From: Lama guanicoe
Lineage: Eukaryota
Direction: 5' to 3'
Assembly: GCA_013239625.1 (NCBI GenBank)
Contig: MU053487.1
Coordinates: 577,058-641,057, forward strand
DNA length: 64,000 bases
The notes under the pieces: generated by a model
Told to the model about the DNA's origin: nothing
Database searches by the model: none
What the model saw: only the letters and a program-made list of their open reading frames with translations
Shown: piece by piece, positions 37,593 to 48,817 of the stretch
Numbering within the stretch: position 1 is the stretch's first letter
Layout: each line of letters starts with the position of its first letter
Translations under genes and position numbers: made by a program

Positions 37593-38994
37593 ATTTACTT
37601 GTTTGTTTCAGTTTTCCCCTCCTTTATTCTACTGTTGATTCCTTCTAGTGTATTTTTCATGTCAGTTATTTTATTCTTTGACTCTGGTTTTCTTTATATT
37701 TTCTCTTTGTTTAAAACTTCTAACTTTTCTCTCTGTGCATCCGTTCTTCTCCTGAGTTCTTGGATCATCTTTACGAATCGTGACTCTGAACTCTTTCTTG
37801 GGCAGATTGCCTGTCTCCACTTCACTTAGTGGTTCTTCTGGTGTTTTGTCTTATTTCTTCGTCTGGTACGTACTCCTCTGCCGCCTCATTTTGTCTAAAT
37901 TTCTATTTGTATTTTTATGTGTGGTAGGTTAATTATATTTTTCGACCTTGGAGAAGTGGCCCTCTGTAGAAGATGACCTCTGTGCCCCAGCAGTCCCCTC
38001 CCCTCTCTTCACCCAAGCGCCAGGGGCCAGCTGGTCCCAGGGTAGGGCTGGCCTGCGCTGTGGACTTGACTCTGCAGGCCGCGGGGTCGTGGCTTTCTTG
38101 GTTCTGGGGTCTACTCCCTGGTGGGTGAGGCTGGTCTAGAGGCTTATGCAGTCTTCCTGGTGGGAAGGGCTGGGTCCTGGCCCTCTGGTGGACAGGGCTG
38201 TGTCTAAGGACATGTCCAGAGGCAGCCATGGGCTTGGGAAGTCTTTAGGCAGCCTGTCTGCTGATTGGGGTGGGGGTGGGGGGTCTGTGTCCCTGCCCAG
38301 TTAGCTGTTTGGCCTGAGGCCTCCCTCCACTGGAGCCTGCAGGCTGTTGGGTGGGGCCCGGTCTTGGTGCTAATGACCCAAGCAAGATGCCAGCCTCCAG
38401 GAGAGTTCATGCATATAAATACCCCCAGATATGTCTGACACCAGTGTCTATGTCCCCAGGGTGAACCACAGCCACACCCCCACCCCAACCTCCACAGGAA
38501 ACCTGCCAAGACCAGCAGGCAGGTCTGGCCCGGGATCCTATGAAATATTACTTATTTCCTTGGTCCTGGTGCACGTGAGATTCTGTGTGTCCTTTAAGAG
38601 CACAGTCTCTCTTTCCCCCAGTCCCCTGGGGCTCCTGCAGTTAAGCCCTGCTGGCCTTCAAAGCTTCATGCTCCGGGGGCTCCCCTTCCTGAGGCGGGAC
38701 CCCCTGGGCTGGGGCTCGGAGCTCTCACTCCTGTGGGAGAACCTCAGCAATATATTCTTCAGTTTGTGGGTCGCCTCCCCCACCCCGGGGTATAGGATTT
38801 GATTATATCGTGAGCTCGCCCCTCCCACCATCTACCACGGTTCCTTCTTTATGTTTTTAATAGTAGAAGATCTTTCCTGTTAGGTCCCAGTCTTTTTCAT
38901 CGATGGTTGTCCAGCAGTTAGTTGTGATTTTGCTGTGTCCTGAGGAGGAGGTGAGCTCTGGCTCCTTCTACTCTGCCATCTTGGCCTGTTTCCC
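37593..38994 (-). mobile_element. 3'-truncated L1: full 5' UTR, ORF1 N-terminus and A-rich tail
   Basis: 5' end has GGCCAAGATGGCAGAG (YY1-type motif, 38971-38986 on -). ORF1 ATG at 37889 reads MRRQRSTYQTKK*DKTPEEPLSEVETGNLPKKEFRV...LEGINSRIK. TSD caattttattt / cagttttattt. Confidence 0.9.
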
Positions 38995-40357
38995 CAGTTT
39001 TATTTTTTCACTTGTAGGAACTCACCTTGAAGTCTGAGAGGGGGAAAAGGAACCAAACTAGTAAACTTGAAGACTTTTTTTTTTTTTTTTTGCCAGAGGA
39101 AATACACCATCTGCAACAGATAAACTCAAAATTACCGTTCTGGGTGATGCTGTCCAAACTGTAATCCAATCACAGTTCATGGTAGCCTGCCCGAATTTTA
39201 CAGATACTTACTTCTCCTTTTCTTTTAGGGTTTATTACTTGAATAGGTTTTGTGGGTAGAAAGGAGTGGTGAATTAAAAATAAAGACGTTACCAACCGTG
39301 ACTGGAAAAGTGCTAGAGAAAGTCTGTATATATTACACAGTGATGTTCAGTGATATGAAAATTGCATGCAAATAGGCCCCTCGCCTTCCTCACTGTGGCC
39401 AAATCTAGTAAAGGCCACTGTCTGGGCATCTGTGTTCTCGCCGGCCAAGAGGAAGAATTAAGAGTCCTGAATATCAGGCACCTGAAGCTTGCATATAATT
39501 GAGCTTCCGGGTCTCTAAAAATCTTGCATTTTATTCACAAACACAGGCATCTGCTACTAATTAAAGTATCAGGGTATAATTATACCCTTTCTTATTAGTA
39601 GATATGGAATCTGACAGTTGCTTAGATACAAAATAAGCAAGTGCAGATTGCATTCTGCGCCCTTCACAGGCTGGGGAGGCAGAACAACAGAATTTTCAAA
39701 TGCTCTGCCTAAATGAATCTCATTGCCCAGAAAATGTGAAGTTCTGAATTATCATCGGTAAATTTGCCTGGGAACAGATGTTAACCCCATCACAAGTCTG
39801 TGGTTTGAGTTTTAATATCATTCAGTTATCTCCCTGACTTGGTCCTCTCACCTCTGTCCTGCACTCCAGTCCCCCCAAAAAACTATCTAGCTCTCCAAGG
39901 TGCTGATCATTAAAGCCGTCCAGGGACAGCTTCCTCAGGGCATTCTGGAGCCAGAAGACACCCATCTGGAGTGGTCGGGCTGTGTCGTGGCGGGCTCAGC
40001 TTTTGGGCTTGTCAAAGGTCGACTCTGGGAATCAGATTTAGTATTCAGGGGAGCCTTCTGGTCATTCTAAGATATCCTCGCTTCCTGCTCAGATATGCCT
40101 TCAGATAAGGGAAATTCTCTGCTAAACCATCAGCTACAGGAATTCAGGGACCAGGACTTCTTTGGGTCTCCCGGGGTATCTCCAGTGTCCAGCATGGTGC
40201 TTGGCATTTAGAAAGTGCTCAGTAACTAGGTATCGGAAGGATGGATTTTGCTGACTTCCTTATGTGCAGGTCACTGTGGGAGACGTAGTTCTTTCAACCC
40301 CAGGGGGGAGTCATTTACCCCCCAGTGTGTGCAACTCCATTGGACCAGACTACTGCC

Positions 40358-40649
40358 CCAGGGCCGCAAGCTCCTAGCCAACCTGTTTTTGGTGGCACAT
40401 GAGCTAAGAATGGTTTCTGTCTCTTTAAATGGATTGGAAAAAATCAAAATAAGAAGACTATTTCATGACATGTGAAAATGATACAAAATCCAAATTCCTG
40501 GGTCCATAAATAAAAATATTGTCAGAACACGATTGTCTCCTTTTGTTTTCAGCTACTTTGGTACCATGGTGGCTGAGCTGAGTCGTTGCAACTGAGACTC
40601 ATGGGCTGTAAAGCTGAAAAAATTTACAGAAAAAGTTAGCTGGCCCCTG
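40358..40649. mobile_element. MER58B-like (hAT-Charlie)
   Basis: catgagctaagaatggttt...aaaaaatcaaaataagaagactatttcatgacatgtgaaaat...tttacagaaaaagttagctggcccctg. Confidence 0.85.
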
Positions 40650-41819
40650 GATTAGATAGATCATGCAGTAGGGTTAACCTTTGATGTTATGGGGAGCGAG
40701 TCGCAGAAGAGGGTACCGGGGTGAGTCATTGGGCAGTGGGGGTGGGTGCTAGCTAGAGGAGGACAGTTGGGAAGTCTGGAAGACTCCTTCGACCCTCTTC
40801 CCACTTCTGCCAGCCCTGGCCTTTCCACAGTGGAAGTTTCCAGTTTCTCATTGTGATTCTGATGAATGCCCTCAAGGAATGCAGTGGCGATCATTTCTCA
40901 GACTGCTGCACTGCTCGGATGGAGGCAAAGGACTGTATCTTTCTGCTGTTTCTCGGGCGTTGTAAATCCCTAGTTCAGAATGCTCCTTCTTTGTCAAAGA
41001 CATAAATTTTGCTTCTCAAGACAGTGTTTGGGTAATAAATCTGCATGTGTGAGCAAGTGTGAGCTGGAGCTTGTCTTTGGAAAGCAATTGTCTTCAGATT
41101 TAGCCACCCAGCAGGCACGCCATGCCGCCACACCAAGTTTTAGCTGCCCAGCAGGGTTGAGCCCATCAGTTGGATGCCAGAAGCTTTCTGTTTCTAAGCT
41201 CCATGCAAGGGTGGAGGCCTGCCCCTCCAGAGAAGTGTCTTTGTGATTAAGCTGGCAAGGATGCTATCAGCCTAGTTAAAGCCTTGCTAATCCACTTGAT
41301 CCATTCCAGTTATCCAGCCAAATCCCAGGAGGCATCTTGTCAACCTGAGTCTCATTTCTCGGGGGTTTACAAGAGCACCTCCTGGAGCGGATGGCATCAT
41401 ACCATTCTCTTATTAGCCATCTAAATTCTGAATTAGAGTCTAATTTTCTCCAAACCCCACACCTTATTTGGAGAGAGGTTACTTCTCTCTAAGCTGGTCC
41501 CAGCCTCCGCGTTCCTGGAGACCTGACTCATCTATCTATGGGTATCAGAAATGCCCATGTCTTTTGATGGTGTATTTAATAGACTGGGGGATAGATTTGC
41601 TTTCTATGTGACATTGATGAACACTGGTATTGTTTACCTGAAGGAGACCTGGGGTTTCAAAATCATAACCAATAAGAGGATTGCTACTTCTTTTTAAAGG
41701 GTTGACTAGCAAGGCTTCCTGTGGGAGCATAGCCAGTTACCTGATCTGAAAGCGTTTATTTTTAAAAGTAACGTAGGAAATGATTTGTGGGGGGAAAAAT
41801 GCAAGTTTCGACTTTCTGC

Positions 41820-41980
41820 ATAATACTTACCATTTGTTGCATCTATTATGTGCTAGACATTTCTCTAGGTATTCTGTGTATAGTTCCTCTAATTCTTACC
41901 CAAATCCTGTAGAACAGACGTTATTATCTCCATCTTACAGTGGAAACTGGGACTTAAATAGGGTGAGTTGCTGGAGATTC
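41820..41980 (-). mobile_element. MIR SINE
   Basis: tattatgtgctagacatttctctagg...ttattatctccatcttacagtggaaactgggact. Confidence 0.7.
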
Positions 41981-42375
41981 CAGACAGGAAATGTCCCGAC
42001 TAGCTTTCAAACCTGGGAAGGTGTGACCTTAGAGCACACACATGTGCCTAATGTCACATGTCACCAGCGCTCCAAAAATGACACTTCAGCCACCTCAATT
42101 CTTTAAGGACAGACAGAATTTTAGAAAGAACCAAAATACAAAGAAATTAACGCCAGGGAATGCTAGACCAGCCAACATGTGATTATCCATCTTAACTTGT
42201 GCAAGAATCGTGAAGCCATGTTTTCTTTAGCTAAACGTTTCCATCTCCTTCCTTACTAGACATTTTTAAAGAAAGGTTTTCAAAGACGATCCAGTTGAAA
42301 TTATTTATTTATTGTTTTAATGGGTTCAAAATCCAAAAGGGATAAGAAGGCATATAAAGAAAAGAAGTCCATCTC

Positions 42376-42559
42376 GATAAACAATAAGGACCTACTGTAA
42401 TGGCACAGGGAACTATATTCAATTTCTTGTAATGAGCTGTAATGGAAAAGAATCTAAAAAAAAAATACATGTACGCATATAATTGAATCTCTTTGCTGTG
42501 CACCTGAAGCTAACATTGTAAATTGATTATACTTCAATAAAAAATAAGAATTAAAAAAT
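42376..42559 (+). mobile_element. Short 5'-truncated cetartiodactyl-type L1 3' end
   Basis: gataaacaataaggacctactgta...cacagggaactatattcaa...tatacttcaataaaaaa. TSD gaagtccatctc (42364-42375) / gaagtccgtctc (42560-42571). Confidence 0.92.
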
Positions 42560-42619
42560 GAAGTCCGTCTCCGACCCCTAGGAGATTCTCCCAGGCCTTG
42601 TTATAGGAAAGCAGTGCTA

Positions 42620-42890
42620 ATATGGTGGACTAAAACATGCTTATAGTTCCTTTCCGTCTCGCTAGCTACACCTTTTTGTTCTGCGACCTTGAAGGTTCTG
42701 TTAAGAGGTGGAGCATCTTTCCCCATCCCTGGAATTGGGCTTGCCCTGTGACCTGCTTTGGCCGGGAGAATGTGGCAAATGTGACCAAGGGCCAGGTCCC
42801 AACTGGGCCTTGAGGGGCCTTGTGTGCTCCCTCTTTTTCTCTTAGTAACTTGTTGAGTTACCATGTAAGCAGGTTACCCCGCTGGAAGGC
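42620..42890 (+). mobile_element. MaLR LTR fragment (MLT1G/H-like)
   Basis: aagaggtggagcatctttccccatccctggaattgggcttgccctgtgacctgctttggcc...aatgtggcaaatgtgac. Confidence 0.75.
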
Positions 42891-43729
42891 AAGGGATACA
42901 GGAAGTGATGAGTCATGTAGCAGGTGCAAAGGCCCTGGGCACCGAGGATGCTTGCTGTGGATGGAGAACAGTCAGGAGGCCAGGCTGAGGGAAGAGTGGT
43001 TAAGGAATGAGACTGGCGAAGTGACCAGGTGCTTTGTAAGCTGTAAGGAGGGCTTTGAGCTGTAGTCTCAGTGAGTGATAGCAACGAATGAGCAAATGAG
43101 TAAACAAACAGAGAGGAACGTAGGAGTGAATGGCCAGACAGGGAACAGGAAAGTGCATGGCTCCTAACAGGCGGAATAAGCAGCCGTTATTCTTGCCCTG
43201 GACATGTCATTTAGGATTTGAAACTCCTAGAAGTGCCAAACCCAAACCGTTCTGTGGCAGGCTCAGCTCCCAGGGAACGGAGCTAGAGAACAAAGACCAA
43301 GCCCTGGGCTTAATGTAACCTGATCTCCGTTGCTTTCTTTCCTGGTTTGAGATCTTCAGTGGACATCAGATTTGCTCTGATATGGATTATTGATTTCTGA
43401 GACCCACACAGAGGGTTCAACCCCAGCAAGGCGCTGATTAGGTGCAAACAAAAGGAGTAAGAGGCTCACCGTTTGGAGCTCCTTGGGCTGCTGTGGAAGG
43501 AAACTCAGAGAAATAACGATCAGCCCCAGCTCCAGATCGCTGCTGGCCCTCTCCGCAGCGTGCTTGCCCTTCCCCAGCGAGGTGAAAGACTCCTGACGTG
43601 GCTGGACGTCGATGATGGGAAGGCACCTGCAATGCTGGGGAAGGGATCGGGGAGATTTGCAGCAAAACAAACCTACTCAAAAACGTAAAGGTTCGTGATT
43701 CTTCTGACCTGGGATGACTTGAACGCTCT

Positions 43730-44400
43730 CAGCCAGGCTTTCACACAGTCTGTAAGCATTTAGCAGGTGGCTTGAGACTGATCCAGAATGGGTCTTTGGT
43801 GGGCAGGCTGTCAGCTGGGGCACCTCAGTTCTGCACGTGGGTTCTTATCCAGGAGGTTAGGTGGGGCTCGTTCACATGGTGGGTGTGTGTGCACGGCTCC
43901 TTGTACAGTCAGGGAGGGCAAACTCCAATATGCAAATGCTTTTCAAGGCTCTGCTCACCTTAAGCTTGTTGTGAACGTCCCTGTAGCCAAAGCAAGTCCC
44001 AAGGCCAGATTCAAAGAGTGGGGAAATAGACTCTACCTTTTTTTTTTCCCCTTTAATTCTTACTTTTTATTGAAGTATAGTTGATTTACAGTGTTAGTTT
44101 CAGGTGTACAGCAAAGCGATTCAGTTATGCATATACATACATATATATATATATATTTTCAGATTCTTTTTCATTACAGCTCATGACAAGACATTGAATA
44201 TAGTTCCGTGTGCTATACAATAGGACCTTGTTTACCTATTTTGTATATAGTAGTGTGTATTTGTTAATCCCAAACTCCTAATCTATCTGTCCCTCCCATC
44301 CTTTGCCCACCCCCCCAATAACCACAATTTGTTTATGTCCATATAGACTCCACCTCTTGATGGGAGGAGCTGTGAAATCAATAGCAATTTGAATTTGTGA
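43730..44400 (-). mobile_element. MaLR LTR (MLT1) interrupted by L1
   Basis: gccaaagcaagtcccaaggccagattcaaagagtggggaaatagactc...[L1]...cacctcttgatgggaggagctg. Confidence 0.75.
44042..44342 (-). mobile_element. 5'-truncated cetartiodactyl-type L1 3' end
   Basis: ttgaagtatagttgatttacagtgttagtttcaggtgtacagc... TSD atagactctacctttt (44026-44041) / atagactccacctctt (44343-44358). Confidence 0.92.
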
Positions 44401-47400
44401 CTATATTTGCATACAATTTATTGCAAACTGTGATGGAAAGAGTGTATCTTTTTTTTTTTTACCCAAACACTTTCTTTTGAGAAAGTGATTTTTAAAAACT
44501 TATTTAATTTCTTCCAGGCCAGGGGGCCTATGCTAATTCCTGAGGCTGGCATAAAGCTTTATGATTTATCTACACATATAATAGAAATTATCGGTGGGTA
44601 TTTTTGGAAATACCCACCTTGGAAAGTATGAAAACACATGATGGTCGTATATAACTTGCGAAATAATTTTTCTACCCGTTTAACAGCTCAGCAGAACATC
44701 ATTCACCTAAAATGGTTCTGCTATCGTTAGTTAAATTCATATTTAATTTCAGTCTCAGACAATCCCTGTGATGCAAAATTATGTACCTCTTGGAGAGATG
44801 AGGGTGTTGTTCAAAGTTAGGAAGAGAATACAATGCTTGGGCAGAGAGCTCCACGGATAGTCCCTAAGGAAACATACCTTCTGGTTCCGCATGGCTGTAA
44901 AACAGAAGCATGACCCTGGGCAAGTCACTTAACTTTTCTGAGCTTCAATTTCTTTAGGTTTAGTAAAGAGCTTCCTTCTGGTTCTAGGATGGTTCCTCTG
45001 GGCTTTCTGGAAACACCGTGTCTGCCTGGGAGAGATGTCTGCCTGGGAAAGCAAGTCATTACCTCCTCCAGGGCCACCCTGTAATAGGTTTGCCCTATCT
45101 GGGCTTCTGGATAATTCAGATTTCTAGCAAGGGCTTCAAACAAACAAAAAAAAGGAGTTGGATTGAACTCCACTCTTTGTAAGGGCAGGAGATGGAAATG
45201 CCAGGGCCTTGCTGGGCACAAGGAGGTCCACTGAGGATGGGGAGGACTTGACTGTGGCCTCCTGCTCCGTGAGGCCCACAGGTAGTGGTGTCTCCTTTGG
45301 AGTGAGCACAGAAGGATGGTCAGCTGTAGCCCAAAACTCCAGCTGCCCTTTCACCCCGGGTTGCTTTGCTCTTGGCAAGAAGGCACAGGCCGGAGCAGGT
45401 CGGTGGAGGAGCCTGCAACCGTCCACATGATGGCCTGTGTAGGGGTGACCCAGTCCCAGCTGTTCATGCACCAGCCGGCCTCAGAGACGGGCCTCGGCTC
45501 TGACCCCCTGCTTCCCCGCTTCCCGACAATGGAATCTCACTCCCCAGCCCACGTCTCACCTGTCTGCTTCCAGGACTCTCTGCTTTCCCTCTGGCTTAGC
45601 GGTGTGTGAATACCCCATGGACACTTGGCTTACCTCCCTCTGGATTTGGCCTGGGGTCCTGGGCCAGCTTCCAGGCTCCCTCCTTCTCCAAGGACACAGG
45701 GTCTGGCCGATAAATGTCACATACTGAGCGGTGTACTCCTTTGGGGTTTTCTGTTGCCATTTATGCTCATGTTATGGGGGTGAAACATATTCCCTGAGGG
45801 CTCAGAAGTTTTCAGAAATACATGAACTAGGCCAGGGGTCGTACTGTCAGGTATGGTGGGGCCTGGGGCGAAATGGAGATGGTGTATTCCAGCTAAAGAC
45901 CTCTCTGTCTGATATTAGACACCTTGAGCCAAATCTGCTTTTGATCATGTCAACAGGCTACCTCTTTGAGTCCCTCAAGAGTTAGAATGACTTTCACATG
46001 AAACCAGCTAGACTTACTGGAAGATGCAGCCATCAAATTTTTATCCTCGTAACCGCATGTGAAATTCTTAACTAGGTCCCCAAACTCCTTTCTTATTCTC
46101 CTGGGGATTTTCTGCTCCCTGCTTGGCATGGTTTTCAGGGACAACCCCTCAAACAAATCTCCCTCATGGATGCTGGACTGACCGGCTCCCGATTTGTTGA
46201 TGGGTTGAGACAGACGGTGGGGCACGGGGGATTTGGTATTCCACCACGCTGACTTTCCCCCCACAGGGCTGGCATGGCCTCCTTCCTGCAATGCAGGGGG
46301 ACTTCCTCCCTTCCTTGGCCTCATTTTGAACTTCCTCACAGATATCGATAAACTCAAGGAAGTTAGAGTGGATGAGGTTATTGGCAGTGGGGATGTAGAG
46401 TTGGGTGGATGTGAGAGACATTTAGGAATGAAAACGGACTGTCTTGGAGAAGGGGGAGGTAGAGAGGGTCCTTTCTGGGCTAGTGCCCAGATTTGTTTTG
46501 AGTAATAAGATGGGTGATGGTGCCGTCTTGTGAAATGAGGGCTTCTGTAAAAAGAGTGGGTGGCCACTGCTGCCTTGAATGATCGTCTGTATCATTAACT
46601 ATCTCGATGCACTGTTTCCTCAAGAATAATCACGTCAGACGGTCCTTGACAGGAGCAGAGAAGGCTGGCAGCTCTAAGTGTTCACCATCAGGAAATTATT
46701 TGGAGCCTCCAAAGGAAGTCCCCTGGAATGCCAAGGCTGGCTGCTGTCCCCTGCCCTGGGCCCTCGAGCTCAAACAGTTGAGACATTCTTGATGCAAACA
46801 AATGAGGAATAAATTAACTTGCTTTGGAATGAGTGACTAGATAGCCCTCAGACTCAATTGCTTGTGTTTCCTGAAAGCTCAGTGTATTTTTGGTCTGAGA
46901 GAAGGCATTGCTGTGCAGCACCAGTCTTCTTCAATGGCAGACGCCCAGGGGGTGAGGTGACCTCCTTCGGGCCCCAGAAAGAGACCAGGGGCGACACTTG
47001 AGCCCAAATTCAGAACCTGAATCCAGCTCAGCCCTGAGCAGGTGACCCCAGCACCACTAGCAGATGGAGATCTTGGTTCCAGGCCCCATGTGCAGCCCAG
47101 GAGGGTACCTCTCACCAGGCAGGATCCGTCAGAAGGCCGAGCATCTTCACCTCCCAGGGCCATGCTACCCGTGCCTTGGGCTGCCCATTTCAGGGCTGGC
47201 TGGTCTATGTGGAAAGACAGGTTATCAGTGAGAAAGAACAGATCTGGGCCCTGGCAGAGGCGAGGGAGTTTGACATACACACACTTCCCTCCCCCTACCT
47301 AAAGAAATCACTGCCAGGACATGAGGTCTTTTCAGATAAATGTGCATTTTCTAAAGTGTAACCTTCAAGGTAACTTTGTAGGTTGTTGGTTGTTTTTTTG

Positions 47401-47479
47401 AAAGGAGTGGTTTTAGAATGTATGATGTGATTTCTACCTTTTTAAGGTAGAATACCTAATGATCAATTCAGCCTTAAAA

Positions 47480-47620
47480 ATGTCTTTTTTGTTATTATGG
47501 AAAAATTCAAGCATGTACAAAAGTGAGAGAATTATATATAAACCCCATGTACCCAACAGCCAGCTGCAACAATGATCAATTCATGACCAACCTTTGTTTT
47601 GTCTGTATCTCTACCCCAGA
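47480..47620 (-). mobile_element. Old L1 (L1ME-like) 3' end fragment
   Basis: ttattatggaaaaattcaagcatgtacaaaagtgagagaattatatataaaccccatgtacccaacagccagct. Confidence 0.65.
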
Positions 47621-48510
47621 TTGTTCAAATTCAACCTGTTGATGCTGAACTATGGTCATGATTATGACAGCCTTTGTGTGATCCATGCAGTATACATTCC
47701 CTTCAGTGTATTTCTCAAATCTGGATCCTTGCCTTTCAAGGAATGTCTCTAGCTTATCTCCTATAATCTAGTCTGGAAAGGAATACAGCGAAGGTAGTTA
47801 AAAATCTGTGTTAAGTAAGAGCACACAGGGTTAGAGAGAGCCTCTGCTGCCTGGATTTTAGTACTGGGTTTATCCTGAACGTTCACAGGCTGCTACTGGA
47901 AGGTTGAGGTTTAGGACTTCTCATCTCTTAACAGGAGGAGTGTGCTGTCTTAGTGCTCTTTTCTTGGAAAATGGAGTCATTATTCATAGATGCGAAGAAA
48001 TGGAAAAATATTCACTTTTGAGAAAGATTTTTGAGACACAAATGAGGAATTCCCAGTACACTCAATACATCATTTGTTGCCTGAATGTGGTGGAGCTTGT
48101 GTTATTTTGAGGTTCAGCACCAACTCCTGTGGCTTTGCTCAGGAGCCAGTTTGAGGAATTGCACCCAGTTTTGCACCAAATGCCTCCAATAGTTGTTTTC
48201 TCCCACCCTTCACTCCCTGTTTGCTGTGTTTTTAGATTACTTGTTTGCTCACTTTTGCTGCTGTTTGCAGCAGTTATGCGTGCATAACATAGAGGGGAAA
48301 TGAAGGTTGCTGGGTAGACCAGATAACCACACCTGTTACATCAGAAGCCTATCTGTGTGTGTGAAATTGAATCCCTGAACCCCCCCAAAACAGTGCATGA
48401 GACTCTCTGAGCTCACAGGTGTGTCCCCAGTGACAGGCTTTGAGGACGAAGGTGCAGACTAGGTTTAAGCAGCTGGGGTTGTGGTAGGGTAGTTCAATAA
48501 GTGGGGTCAT

Positions 48511-48817
48511 TTATTTTTATTTTATTTTTATTTTTTTTTGATTGAAGTACAGTTAGTTACAATGTGTCATTTTCTGGTGCACAGCATAATATCCCAGTGA
48601 TGCATATATATACATATATTCATTTTCATGTTCTTTTTCATTAAAAGCTATTACAAGATATTGAATATACTTCCCTGTGCTGTACAGAAGAAATTTGTTT
48701 TTTTGTCTGTTTTTATATATAGTGGTTAACCTTTGCAAATCTCAAACTCCCAAACTTATCCCTTCCCACCTCCTTTCCCTTGGTAACCATATGACTGTTT
48801 ACCACGTCTGTGAGTTG
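48511..48817 (-). mobile_element. 5'-truncated cetartiodactyl-type L1 3' end
   Basis: (TTTTTA)n tail, attgaagtacagttagttacaatgtgtc...ctcaaactcccaaacttatccc. TSD aagtggggtcat / aagttaggtcat. Confidence 0.9.

Noticed and set aside
31414..37615. A single L1 split by a 6.2-kb inversion, since the two ORF1 pieces are nearly adjacent in L1 coordinates and on opposite strands
   Set aside because: The 37.6-kb element has its own tail and TSD, and the two peptides look like different L1 lineages. Disfavoured, but an orthologue dot-plot is needed to exclude it.
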